Notes under the pieces: model-generated
Seen by the model: the letters and a program-made list of their open reading frames with translations, nothing else
What the model was told of the DNA's origin: nothing
The model's database searches: none
Assembly: GCA_963514005.1 (NCBI GenBank)
Contig: OY740782.1
Span: 87,358,001 to 87,422,000 of the forward strand
DNA from: Raja brachyura
Taxonomy: Eukaryota
DNA: 64,000 nt
Direction: 5' to 3'
Shown: piece after piece, positions 25,395-37,960 of the stretch
How the letters are laid out: the number at the start of each line of letters is the position of its first letter
Position numbering within the stretch: position 1 is the first letter of the stretch
Program-made: the position numbers and the translations under genes

Positions 25395-25760
25395 TGCCTC
25401 TGTGTCCCTCTATGTGCCTCTGTGCCCCTCTCTGTGCCCCTCTCTATGTCTCTGTGCCCCTCTCTGTGTCACTCTGTGACCCTCTCTGTGTCCCTCTCCA
25501 TGCCCCTGTCTCCCTCTCTGTGCCCCTGTCTCCCTCTCTGTGCCCCTGTCTCCCTCTCTGTGCCCCTGTCTCCCTCTCTGTGCCTCTGTCTCCCTCTCTG
25601 TGCCTTTGTCTCCCTCTCTGTGTCCATCTCTATGTCTCTGTGTCCCTCTCCATGCCTGTGTCCCTCTCTGTGCCTCAATGTCCCTCTTTGTGCCCCTGTG
25701 TCCCTCTCTGTGCCTCTGTGTCCCTCTTTGTGCCTCTGTGTCCCTCTCTCTCTCTCTATC
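25395..25760. repeat. ~20-bp pyrimidine-rich minisatellite (tgcccctgtctccctctctg)n inside Helitron 2
   Basis: Tandem units visible; source of the low-complexity ORFs. Confidence 0.95.
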
Positions 25761-25895
25761 CCCCTACCTCTCTAGTCGCGCCTGCGAGTTGGGGGCTATG
25801 CGTGAGTGAATAGGGTGGGGGATGGGGTAAAAGGAGTGCATGAATAATATTAATATAATATCAATGGGGGTGGTTATTGTGTATGTGGGGGTTGG

Positions 25896-25898
<3 letters not shown>

Positions 25899-25952
<54 letters not shown>
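25899..25952. repeat. (GT)n microsatellite
   Basis: Direct observation. Confidence 0.98.
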
Positions 25953-25954
<2 letters not shown>

Positions 25955-26807
25955 CGTCGCAGGCCGCCCCCTCCCCTCACAACTGCGCGTTGAGGGGATG
26001 GGACCCAATGGGTCCCACTTTGTCTAGTGTTCATTATATGTGCAATTGAATGTGCCCCTGATTATAATAATGAAATGTAACATTTTTACATCATAACAGA
26101 ACTCATCCTTAATTGCTTCATCTGTGCAGCAAAGTAGAATGAGTCAAACACTCAAATGGCAATGTGACAGTTAAGGTGAATTTGAAAAAGTCTATTTAAA
26201 AGTTAAACTATGAAAGATCCCAACATAGGATGATTGCAGTTATGCAATAATTACCTGGCTGTGAAAATTGACATTTTCTTATCATTAGGAAGATGTTTTT
26301 TTCATTTCTACTCTATTCATTAAGTGTATCTTTGCAGACCTTTCCAGACATGTGATAAATATAAGGCTGGCTTATTTGTGTTCAAGAGACAGTAACGCAA
26401 AATACTGATGTTCCATATTTAGGTGAATTATAGATAGTGGCAGCTGATTCAGGTAATTCAGGAGACAAAGACCCTTTCAAACCCTTTCAAAAATGCTTTA
26501 CTAATGTTGAGAATTGTTAAACCTTTTACTGTTTTATACATGTGCAGCCACTTGCACTGACAAGCCACTGCATGGGAAACATTTTACAACCAGTTAGAGT
26601 AAACTGAAAAGCTTCAAAGAATAAATAAGTAAAACGGTTCAGCATAATTATTTGTCTTGCTTGACGAATATTTAAATAGATTAAGTAAAAGAGCAAATAG
26701 TTAGATCTTATGTTTATCAATGAATAAATACAACAGATAGAATTTAGTTTCAATAAACAAATCTTACCTTGTGTTTTATAGCTTTGAAACAACCAAGTTA
26801 TTTCTGC

Positions 26808-26935
26808 AGAAACAAGGAACTGCAACTACTGATTTACCAAGAAAAGGCGCAAAGTACTGGAATAACTCAGCAGGTCAGGCAGTATCCCTGGAGAACATGG
26901 ATAGGTGACATTTCAGATCAGGACCCTTCTTCAGG
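26808..26935 (-). repeat. Penelope pLTR-derived unit
   Basis: aaggaactgca...aaagtactggaataactcagc...gacccttcttcag. Confidence 0.65.
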
Positions 26936-28068
26936 TACGGTTATTTCTCTGGTTGGGAAGATTATTGCTGTCTGATTAAAGTATACTAAAATAATTGTTA
27001 TGGGATAATGTTTCAATATTTGCAGGAGTATAAACAAGTTGCATTTCAATTTTGATAAGCTCAAAAAAGTAAAAGTGTTCTTTGTTTTACTTTTGTGATG
27101 AACGAGGCTTCCCTTTTGCAGACAAAGTATACTTCACTGACAGATCATCGAGCTTTTGTTTTACAAGTCAGTAATAGCAGTAGAACTAGATATTTTTGTA
27201 TTCATATTGCAAAATTTATATCGATTTGCTTGTTAAAGTAAATGATGAGGAATTGAAAGAGCAGCAATGGATTACAATAGAAAACAGAAACAGCCATTAA
27301 GGATGATGTGCAAGGATGCACAAGGGTATTAATGAGATTCCATCCTCAATCCATCTGATAATGAAACAGTGGAAGTACTCCATTTATTACAATTTTCATT
27401 ATGCAGTCTGTACGCAATCATCTCCAATTACGAGTCAGTGGAACTGTTAATTTATCACACCTACTGAAATGCTTGATAATTGAGTTAGCTTTAATAGAAA
27501 AATAATGGTGTTAAACATTAAATATTGTTATGTGAATACATAAAATGCAGGTACTTAGAAGAATGTATAATGACAACTAAACAATATATATTTTAGGTTT
27601 TTGTGGTTAGAATATGATGGATAAAATTCCTAATCATCCCTGAATTTGCATTATTTTTTCAGAACTATTTGTGTTATATGACGGAGCAAAACCAAAGGTA
27701 AGCAGGAGGGAAATGACAAATGAAAATTTTATTGCATGGAAGCTGTGCATATGTTATTTGACCCAGATGGAGGATGATTAATAGAGGTGGATGTGCATGG
27801 GCACAGAATTTTGGCTTGCACGTGTGCAGACACGAGTGAAGGGAAATCGAAGCTCTGACTCCTTCCAGATTCTGCTTCGAGGTGGAGCTCATTCAATGTT
27901 CCAGTTTGATATGGTTCTCACATTAAATAAAATTTAATGCATGGACTTCCACTTGTCAGGAAAATGTGTTTCAATTCCATTTATCATGGTCAGGTGCAAT
28001 GTGGGACAGCATTTCACCACGGACGTTTCATAATGGCCCTGAGAAATACTGAAATGGCTGAAAATAAT

Positions 28069-28383
28069 GGGGCGGCATGGTGGTGCAGCGATAGACTTTC
28101 TGCCTTACAGCACTTGCAGCGTCAGAGACCCGTATTCAATCCCGACTACGGGTTCTGTTTCTATAGAGTTTGTACGTTCTATCCGTGACCATGTGGGTTT
28201 TCTTCGAGATCTTCAGTTTCCTCCAACACGCCAAAGACGTACAGGCTTGTAGGTTAATTGACTTGGGTTTGTATACTTGGTATAAGTGTAAATTGTCCAT
28301 AGTGTGGGGATCGCTGGTCGGCGCAGACTCAGTGGGCCGAAGGGCCTGTTTCTGCGCTGTATCTCTAAACTAAACTAAACTAA
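28069..28383 (+). mobile_element. HE1-type tRNA-derived V-SINE, full length
   Basis: ggcggcatggtggtgcagcg A-box head, B-box-like segment, V-domain tttcctccaacacgccaaagacgt, CR1-derived tail gggccgaagggcctgtt...(aaact)n. Confidence 0.88.
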
Positions 28384-30744
28384 TCACAAGGTCAGAATGA
28401 ACATTTTTGAAGCATTTCAATATAATATGTGAATTTTCTAACAATTAATAATAAGGATCTATATTCACAATTTAGGAGTTAATATCCTCAAGGCTAGAAG
28501 ATTTTATATATTAAGACAAAGAATTTATGAATTGATCAGAGAACAGTGAGCTGAACCTAGGTTTTCATCCATCCATAAAATGCATTTTTAAATTCTTTTG
28601 TTTGCACGTGTTTGGAGCTGAGCAATTCTTTGAAATGAAAGGTATTCTCAGCAGTAGAAAAATATCCATTACAGAACCATATTTAGGAAGCAACATCTTG
28701 TCAGATACATGAAAAGGATAGATAATTGTGTGTCAGCAGGGGATTCAGTTCCACTCTTCAGGCAAGGAATTTCATGCTTTTGATCATGTAAACTTCTCAA
28801 ATGTCAGCCTTTGCCACTTCACTGCTATAAATGCAAGAGCCATGAGGAAGGCTAAGCTTCAGTGTGTCCAGTACATCATGATCTTAAATCCTTTTCTATT
28901 TTTCAGGACTGATTCAGGACAATGATTCAGGACAATGCATTTTTAGGCATTATTGCTTTTAGGAGTTCTATTATCCTTTTGAATGTGCTCTACCAGTAGA
29001 AAACTTTACTTTTCAAATTACATTCAGACTAGCCAAGCCTCTTTAGGTACGAGGATAATGATCAAATAAAAGCTTTCATAAGCTACAATTTTGGCTTGTG
29101 AAAAATTACATTTGCATTTACTCACAGATTTCCCGCATAAGCACCAGAATACGTGTTTATCAAAAATTAAAAGCATCGTCATACTTTCTAGTATAGGGAC
29201 CCACGTGAGCTGGGTGAGATGGAAGAACCATGACGGCAACTAGCAAAGCCTGAAGCAGGTGTAGAATGGAATGTTTAATTCCATGCCACATTGCATACAG
29301 AAAGCAAGGAGGACAGAAAATGAGAATTAAATGAGGAAGAGCTAGAACGAGATAAAAGAGAAAGTCAAAGTGAAATACAAACATGATTTTAAAAAAAACT
29401 TTACAGCAACAAAGAAGAATTGAAGGGCTCTGCATTTATAAAATAAATGCTTCTCTGGCAAAGGCAGGAATATTGCATTTCTTCCTGCTTTCCTGCCACA
29501 TGTTATCCTAGCTAGTATGGAGTGAACGATAAAAGTTGGAATTAATCACCTAAGCTTTGCATTCCAGGCAGAGCAGAACAGGTGTTCTCTAGTTCTATAT
29601 TCTCCCATAGTTCTAGATTCCTCCATTATGGGGTGAAGCAAAAAACCCTGAAAAGAAAACATCAAAATTGAGAAAGTGTAAAGTTTTGAGATGCTTCATT
29701 CCATGGTAGAGATTTTTTGATTATAGGCACTGGAAAGAGAAACAATACTAATGTTACAGGTCAAAGCCATTCTCCAGCTCTGATAAAGGGAATTGGTCTT
29801 AAAATGTTGATTCTGTTTTTCTTTTCTCTGATGTGCTGAGTCCTTTCAGAATTTTCTGCTTGTATTCCATTTGAGACAAAGCAGCCACTTTTATTGCTAC
29901 CCCATCAATCATCTTAAACATTCACTCCCTCCATGCCTGTACATCATGGCTGCAGTATGTAACACCCACAAGGTCTATTAGAACACCAGCCCAACTTCAA
30001 TGGAAGATGATACACTCCTGACCACGGCCACTTTGAAAAGGGAAATCTCTAACTACATCGGAATACTTCCATCTGCAAGAAAAATATTACCATTACATTG
30101 TTACTGGTCTAAAACCTCTCTATGCACTAGCACAGTAGAATGAGTTGATCACACAGATTACTGGCTCCGGAGCATTTAGAAATGAACAACAAATTTTGAT
30201 CTTGCCAACATGCTTGCATCCAATGAATGAATAAAGAAAAGTTCTAAAATCAGATAAAATCAGATGCTATTTCACTTGTCATCCATGTTGGGATGATCCC
30301 TGATAAAATTATATTTTCAGATAGATCAGCCATTATTGAATGGCGGAGTAGACTTGATGGGCCAAATGGCCAAATTCTGCTCATAGAACATGAACTTTTG
30401 AAACTATATATTCCCTTACAACATAGAATGAGATAATTGTGGTTCATTGAGTGTATACCAGCTCTCTGACCAGTTCCATCCTCTATAATTTATAACCTGT
30501 GTAACCTGTCTACAGGCTGATCCATGTCCTTGCCACAAGAAGGATTCTACACATTACAGGCAATTACGTAATTTTGGCCAAGAAATAAACATTAACTAAA
30601 ACAATAATGAAACTCTTCTGAACCACAGCCTCTGACATTTACTTTCATTTGTTTTCTATTGAACAATGACAGAACCTTCCAAGATGCTGCAGTCACTCTG
30701 AACTATAATGATGTGTCAACTTAGATTCAGTCTTCAAATGGTAC

Positions 30745-30925
30745 AGCACTGCAGAGCTACCTCCCAGATTCGCCACCCTGGGTTTGAAGCCGACCTCTTG
30801 TAGTGTCAATGTGGAATTTACACATTCTTCCCATAATTCTATGGATATCTCTGTGCTGCTCCAATTTTGTCCCATATTCCAAAGATGCGCTAGATGGTAG
30901 TTTAATTGCCCCTGCTGTAGGGAGA
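30745..30925 (+). mobile_element. Old divergent V-SINE fragment
   Basis: Degenerate B box and V-domain (cccatattccaaaga). Confidence 0.5.
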
Positions 30926-30943
30926 AATAAAACATAGACCAAT

Positions 30944-31247
30944 GGGCGGCACAGTGGCACAGCGGTAGTGTGCTGCCTTACAGCTCCAGAACACTGGGTT
31001 CGATCCTGACTACGGGTGCTGTCTGTACAGAGTTTGTACGTTCTCCCTGTGACCTGCGTGAGTTTTCCCTGGGAATCCCCAGTTTCCTCCCACACTCCAA
31101 AGACGTACAGGTTTGAAAATGAATTGGCTTCATATAATTGTAAATTGTGTCTAGTGTGTGTAGGATTGTGTTTGTGTGCGGGGATTGCTGTCGGGCGCTG
31201 AAAGGCCTGTTTCCGTGCTGTATCTCTAAACAAAACAAAACTAAACA
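30944..31247 (+). mobile_element. HE1-type V-SINE
   Basis: gggcggcacagtggcacagcggtag...gggttcgatcc...tttcctcccacactccaaagacgt...tgtatctctaaac. Confidence 0.9.
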
Positions 31248-31547
31248 GTACAGCACAAAAACAATTTGCCCACAATGTTCATGAGGAACATAATGGCAAT
31301 TTGGGAGAATCATGGAGATATGATGGAAATATGATGTGTTAGGAGAGTGAGAATGATCAGCCATGATTGAATGAGGGAGTAGACTTGATGGGCCGAATGG
31401 CCTAATTCTGCTCCAATCACTTATGACAAAAAATTGTGTGAAAATTAATTACATTGAAATAAGTTGGGGGAATGGGATGATGAGAATGCTTAGAAAGCAG
31501 GCATGGACTTGATTGCCCAAATGATCTCCCTCCATCATATCACCAGA

Positions 31548-32231
31548 TGTGGGAGAAAAATTAATATACTTTTGTATTTAATTTTGATTGGAATTGAACA
31601 AGGTAACAAAAGGATGTTTTGGAAGTGACAATTGACAGCTCTCGCTTGACCAGGTGCAGAAGAAGTTTGTGGGAATCGGCAAAGTAAGATTAGACGTATT
31701 ACCTCCAGTCTGGGAATGTGATGGATTGAGGATGGTAAATGTAAACATGAAACGGGAGGAGATAACAAAGCTTGTTTACATTTCTGAGAAGTTACAGTGG
31801 ATCACCCGTGCCCCCCTACCGCTAGTAGCGTAGGTACATTGTAGTAAATGGGAGGCTTATGATTGGCTCAAAATGGGGATGGTGACGTGGGCCGCTTGAA
31901 CGATGAGATAGAATAATGTCAAGATGCCCTTGTGTAATGATTGACTTGTATTAACCATCTGTTGTTGAATAAGATTAACATAAGCGAAAAGTATGTTATG
32001 ACTAATGAAATAATTGGTACCCATGTAATAGATAGTATATTTTCAGATAGCTGTATCTAAAAAGTAAACAAAGGTTATTTACTGCACAGTATAACTGTCA
32101 GCTAATTCCGCTGTGATGTCAGAGAGCTGGTGAGCAGTGATATCATGCAATAAAGTCTCTTGAAGCAAACCTGCGAAGTCTGGAACTTTTTGTTTTTCCT
32201 TTTGTTTACCTATAAATTAATTTATTTCACA
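31548..32231 (+). mobile_element. Probable second solo LTR (684 bp) with imperfect 5-bp TSD
   Basis: TGTG...CACA termini with extended imperfect inversion (aaattaat); ccaga/ccagg flanks; gtataa at 32089; AATAAA at 32149. Confidence 0.65.
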
Positions 32232-32505
32232 CCAGGTACAAAAGTAACTTCTTCCCAACAACCATCAGGCTGTTGAACACAACATAACACTAAGCTTAAC
32301 TATGAACATCTAAGGACTGAAATTGGTTGCACTAAGGGCCGCGGGGTTTTTGTTTGTACTAGTATTACGATTAATAATTTATGAACATTTTTTTTTTTAT
32401 TCGTTTATTATATATATCTGTGTTTATTGCATTTCTGGGCCTGCAATGCTGCTGCAAGTAATTTGTTCTATTGTACATATGACAATTAAACACTCTTAAC
32501 TCTTG
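32232..32505 (+). mobile_element. Rex1-type 3' end fragment
   Basis: cttcttcccaacaaccatcaggctgttgaac (FFPTTIRLLN), then tgacaattaaa plus (actctt)n tail. Confidence 0.65.
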
Positions 32506-33267
32506 AAGCAAATATGAGCAATGAAAGGTCCCCAGTGACTCAGAGGTGAAACTATTAGCACTTACATTTAATTTATAAATCTCAAAATGTATGTATGAAA
32601 GCAAGCTCCCACGCAGCACAACTCTCACACAGCTGTTAATCTGGCAGAGAATTCCTTAAGATATTCTTTAATTGTGAGTCTCATTTGTTTTTCAATTTTT
32701 CCAGCTGAAATGGTAAATTAACTGCACAGCACCAACCAATTAACTGAGGCCTCTGGAAACGAATTGACACTAGATGCCATGTTGTGTCTGAGCATCATTG
32801 CTACATTTTCCAAAAATTAGCTTCACTGGAAATATACAGTTGTCACGGTTAAAAATGTGCCCACAGGCTTTTTACAATAATATTTTGGAACCAGGGGATG
32901 TTAAATAATGGCCCTAAAGACATACAATTTTATGCAGCCATCCAGATGAAATCATTTCTGCTTGCTGTTAGCATTTAACAATTGGTTATGTTAAAATTAT
33001 GCACATCATTAATGTCTTATTATTATGAATGTTTAGTGTTTTCTGAGTTATTCGTAAATGTCACTGTATGTCATGTCGTTACTTGTGGGCGGAGCACCAA
33101 GGCAAATTCCTTGTATGTGAATACTTGGCCAATAACTTACTGACTTACTTACTTACTTATCCGCCCAGATTACCTTCCTTGTCACCATAATAATACCCAT
33201 TGTATTAGTATTACACAGAGTGGAGTTAAACATTGGTAGATATGCTGGTGAGGCAAATTGGATTACA

Positions 33268-34008
33268 CTTTCCCTTGCAACCGCAAGAGATGCTACACTT
33301 GTCCCTTCACCTCCCCCATCCACTCCTTTCAGGGACCCAAGCAGTCATTCCAAGTCCGACAGAGGTTCACCTGCACCTCCTCCAACCTCATCTACTGCAT
33401 CCGTTGCTCCAGATGCCAGCAGATCTACATCGGTGAGACCAAGCGGAGGCTGGGCGATCGTTTCGCCGAACACCTCCGCTCGGTCCGCAATAACCAACCC
33501 GACCTCCCGGTGGCTCAGCACTTCAACTCCCCCTCCCATTCCGTATCCGACCTCTCGGTCCTGGGCCTCCTCCACGGCCAGAGTGAGCAACACCGCAAGT
33601 TGGAGGAACAGCACCTCATATTCCGCTTGGGGAGTCTGCATCCTCTGGGCTTAAACATTGAATTTTCTCAATTCTGTTAACCCAGACTGCCCCCACCCCT
33701 CCCCACCTCTCCCTCAGCCCTCGGGCCCTGACATTCCTTCTCCATCTCCCCCCCCCCCCTTCCCAGTCGCACTAGCTTCTCATTTTCACACCACAAACAG
33801 CTTACAATGGCCTGTTTCCCTTATCATCAATACTTTTTTGCATATCTTTCATTCATTGTTCTTTATCTCTCCACATCACTGTTTATATCTCTCGTTTCCC
33901 TGATCCCTGACCAGTCTGAAGAAGGGTCACGACCCGAAACGTCGCCTATCTCCTTCGCCCCTTAGATGCTGCTACACCCGCTGAGTTTCTCCAGCTTTTT
34001 GTGAACCC
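33268..34008 (+). mobile_element. 5'-truncated Penelope-like element: GIY-YIG endonuclease domain plus 3' pLTR, 9-bp TSD
   Basis: C..C...FTCTSSNLIYCIRC..CQQIYIGETKRRLGDRFAEH...VAQHFN...E..LIFRLGSLHPLGLN (ORF 33258-33680); TSD tggattaca at 33259-33267 and 34009-34017. Confidence 0.92.
33916..33943 (+). ncRNA. Minimal hammerhead-ribozyme-like motif in the Penelope pLTR
   Basis: CUGAAGA-A, stem GGGUC-ac-GACCC, GAAA-CG-UC; fits the minimal HHR pattern known from Penelope-like elements. Activity untested. Confidence 0.55.
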
Positions 34009-34239
34009 TGGATTACAGGAAATGTTAGTTACTTGGAATGACACCCAGCCAATTTTAAATACGTTTTTCCTCTCTAGATGCTGAATTGCTCTCTAGATGT
34101 GAGCATAACACTGGGATTGATTGTCTTTCTCTAGTTGCACCTGTGAGAATGTGGTGAGCCTTCTTATTCAATTAATGTAGTCCATGCAATGAAGGGACTC
34201 TCACAAAGGTATTAGGAAAGGAGTGCTGGAAACCTGGTA

Positions 34240-36530
34240 TTGGTATTGCTATATTATATTCACGTGTACTGAGATATAGTGAAAAGCTTTGCTTTGTGTA
34301 CCGACCAAGCAAATCAATGAGTATAACAGGTAACGCAAAAGCGAAAATAGAATGCAGAAAATGGAGTGCAGAATATTGTGTTACAGCTACAAAGAAAGTG
34401 CAGTGTTAATAACTACAAGGGCCGAAACAAGGTTGATTGGCAAATCAGGAATACATCTGAGACAAATGAGAGGTCAGTTCAGAAATCTGATAACAGCAGG
34501 GAAGACGCTCTTTCTCAAATCTGGTGGCACAAGCTTTCAAGCCTTTGTATCACTTGCCTGATGAGAGAGGGGAGAAGAGACAATGACTGGAGTGCAAGTG
34601 GTCCTTGGTTATGTTGGCTGCTCTCCTGAGGCAGGGTGAAGTGTAGATGGAGTTAATGATGGGAGGTCAATTTGCATGATGGACTGGGCTGCATCCATAA
34701 CTATCTTCAATGTGTTGTGTTCTTGTGTAGAGCAGTTGTCATACCATGCTATGTTGTACCCAGAGAGGATGCTTTCTATGGTGCACTAACAGAAATTGGT
34801 ATATGTCATTTTAGACTTGCTCGAGGAACTAGAGGCATTTGGTGTGCTTTCTTGACCATAGTGTCAATGTAGTTAGGCAGGATAAATTGTTGATGATATT
34901 TACACCAAGGAATCTGAAGTTCTCAACCAATTCCACTTAGATAACACTAATACAGATAGGGGCATGTACGTCACCCTGATTCCTGAAGTCGATGTGCTGT
35001 CATCATTTTGCTGACATTGATGGAGGGTTTGTTGTCTTGACACCATGCTACTAAGCTCTTTACCACCTTCTAGTACTCCATCTTATCATTGTTAGTGATC
35101 TGGTCCACCACTCTGATGTCATCTGCAAACTTGTATATAGCCACAGAGTCCTGGCTGCATACAGCGTATATTAAGAAGCCTTGCAGGGTACCAGAGCTGC
35201 AAATTATTATGGAGGATGTTTTGTTGCTTATCCTCACTGATTGTAGCATACAGGTCAGGAAGTTGCGGATCCAGTTGCAAAGGATTTGCTGACTCCTTGG
35301 TCCAGGAGTTTGAAGATGAGTTTGTTTGGAATGTGGTCATTAGGTCATAAGGAATAGTAGAATTAGGCCATTCAGCCCATCAAATCTACTCTACCTTCAA
35401 TCATGGCAGATCTATCTCTCCCCATTCCCCTGCCTTCTCCCCATAACCTCTGACACTTGTACTAATCAAGAATCTAGCTATCTCTGCCTTAAAAATATCC
35501 ACTGAGAGCCTCCACAGCCTTCTTTGACAAAGAATTCCACAGATTTACCACCCTCTGACTAAGGAAATGTCTCCTTATCTCCTTCCTAAAAGAACATTCT
35601 TTAATTCTGAGGCTATGACCTCTAGTTCTAGACTCTCCCACTAATGGAAACATCCTCTCCACATTCACTCTATCCAAGCCTTCCACTATTCTGCATGTTT
35701 CAATGCGGTCCCCCCTCATTCTTCTAAACTCCAGCGAGTACAGGCCCAGTGCCAACAAACACTCATCATAGGTTAACCTACTCATTCCTGGGATCATTCT
35801 TGTAAACCTCCTCTGGACCCACTCCAGAGTCAGCACATCCTTCCTCAGATATGGTGCCCAATGTTGCTCACAATATTTGAATGTTGAATATTTGAATACG
35901 GTATTGAAGGCTACGTTGGAGTCATTAAATAGAAGTCTGTTGCAGGTGTGCTTGTTATCCAGATGTTCCAGAGGAATGTAGGGCCAGAGAGATTGTGGTT
36001 GCCATGGAGATATTGAGGTGGCAGGTGAATTGCTGTCACTGTATGAGAGACTGGAGTTAATGTGCTCCATGACCAGCCTCTCGAAGTATTTTGTGATGCT
36101 GGATGACAGAGCCACTGGAATGAAATCATTAAGTCATGCTCACTTGATTGTCCTTTGGGATCAGGATGAATGTTGTCTTCTTAAAGCAGATGAGAATCTC
36201 AGATTGGAATAGAGAGAGGTTAAAGATGTCTGAGACTACACCTGTCAACTGTTCCGAGCAGGTTCAGAGGAAATGGCGAAGGCCGGTTGGTTTCTATGGT
36301 TTCACTCAGGAAGGCTGATCTGACCTGCCAGGATGACTATCGGTACAGGAGCACCCTAGGCGTTTGGGGTGGATGACGTGATTCGGTGACTTTATGTTCA
36401 AAGCAAGCGTAGGATGCACTGAACTCATGGAGCTGGGTCGTATTGTTGACACAGATACTGTCTGACCACTTTGTAGCATATTATAGCGTGCAAGCTTTGG
36501 CACAGTTGAGGGGTGTCTGTGTGGTCAGAC
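34240..36530 (-). mobile_element. Old decayed Rex1-type LINE interrupted by a CR1 fragment
   Basis: LSSSITKYFERLVM at ~36100; FADD-type remnant at ~35120; 3' tail near 34240. Confidence 0.7.
35336..35875 (-). mobile_element. CR1 3' fragment
   Basis: YCEQHWAPYLRKDVLTLEWVQRRFTRMIPGM...SRTRGHSL. Confidence 0.88.
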
Positions 36531-36756
36531 TAAATTTCTCGCCAGTTTTGGGATGTCTCTCAAGAGTCAATAGTCTTTAATTGCCATACGTATCGACAAT
36601 GAAACAATGAAATTCTTACTTGCAGCAGTTTTACAGGCCTGTAAATCTTGGGCTGCTTGCAAAATGTGCTATATTTTTTATTAGCCCTCGCAGACTTTGG
36701 TGGGAGATTCACCAGCATGCTCGATCTCAGAAAATGGAGCAATGTTCACACATGCC

Positions 36757-37500
36757 CAGAGCCGGATTTACCTGAGGGCATCGTTGGCTGAAGCCTAGGG
36801 CCTCAAAATCGAGGGGGCCTCCAGCCAAGGTGTATAATATTTTTGACACTGTCATAGTAGCATTGTTACAAATCCTACCATCTGTGGCGTTGCAGACCCG
36901 CCTGCTGCCTGTGCGTGCGACTCCGGAGGCTTTTAGAGGGTGGTGGGGTGGGATTAAAATGCAGGTTTGTCTTGGTTGTCAGAGAGGAATTTGCTCAGAC
37001 TGCTAGCTGATGAAGAAAATCCGTTCTGCGATTGCGCTCCGGTTTCCGCTGGATTGAAGTTAAACGCGACTAAATACGCCTTGAACGCCTTCAACATCAC
37101 AAATCATAAGTGCACGACAAAACAAAAGGTATATCATTTATTTAACATATTTTCTTGCATTTTGGTGTGGCTTCATTTTAATCTGCTGATGCGAAAAAAT
37201 GTGATTTAGGCCCTGATACGAATCGGTCGTGTCCTGCCTGCACATTCCAATCGATCACAATACAGAAACATCCACTCAAGTAAAAGCAAAAGTTTTTCAG
37301 TGTTAATTTTAACATTTATGCATTTTTTTCAATCACTATGGTATTTAACAATAACATTTTATGTCCTTTTGAGAAGGAATTGCGAATTGCGGAATTTTAA
37401 ACACCCGTCATCATCCTTGGCTTCACTCAAATTATCTAAAACACTCTTCCATCTTCCTCTGGTCGTGGGGGTGGGGGATTGGGGATATGCCACACTGAAA
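36757..37500. mobile_element. Possible non-autonomous DNA transposon fragment (hAT-like CAG start)
   Basis: Begins cagagccggattta...gcctagggcc; CpG-rich relative to flanks; no matching right TIR found. Confidence 0.35.
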
Positions 37501-37587
37501 TAAAATAGAGAGAACTGTAAGCATGAGTAAGAATTCCTAAGGCTTTCACTGGTCCTCCCATATGAAGACACACTTTTTCAAATGAAT

Positions 37588-37960
37588 GATACTTTAATAC
37601 TTTATTATCACAGGTGACAAGTCACAGTGAAATTCTTTGTTTTTCATACCAAGCACAAAGTATGCAATGAGTCACCACGTACAGAATGGCGACAAAATTA
37701 CAAAGTGTTCAATGTAGTTCCAATGGTCCCTCTTTGCTCTTGGCAGCTCCCCCACGCCAGCTCCCTCTTTGTTCTCGGCAACCCATCCTCGATCGAACTT
37801 TGGCACCGTCTGTGGGGCCCATCCAACCTCTGGCCCTCGTGTGGGCCCGTCTTCAGTCACCCACCGCGGGGTCCTCTCTTGGTCCTCTCTTGGTCCTCTC
37901 CACGGCGCTCGCCAGGAGCTCCCTACTGCGTGGCCGCTGTGAGCTTGTGGTCTTGGTGCT
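37588..37960 (-). mobile_element. Non-coding retroposon with Rex1-like 3' tail
   Basis: tttattatcacaggtgacaagtcacagtgaaatt is the reverse complement of the shared tail; GC-rich body. Confidence 0.5.

Larger units (their letters stand above)
24615..26027 (+). mobile_element. Non-autonomous Helitron 2, head-to-tail with Helitron 1
   Basis: Starts tattatataaaactct (compare 46007 tctatataatactaaaactct); hairpin gggaccc-aat-gggtccc at 26000-26016; CTAG at 26024-26027 followed by T. Confidence 0.72.

Noticed and set aside
25352-25813. Cys/Pro/Leu-rich and Arg/Glu-rich ORFs
   Set aside because: Translations of a 20-bp minisatellite in several frames.
28069-28150. tRNA-like sequence (also at 30944, 41383 and 40763-)
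   Set aside because: SINE heads, not tRNA genes; they continue into a V-domain and CR1 tail.
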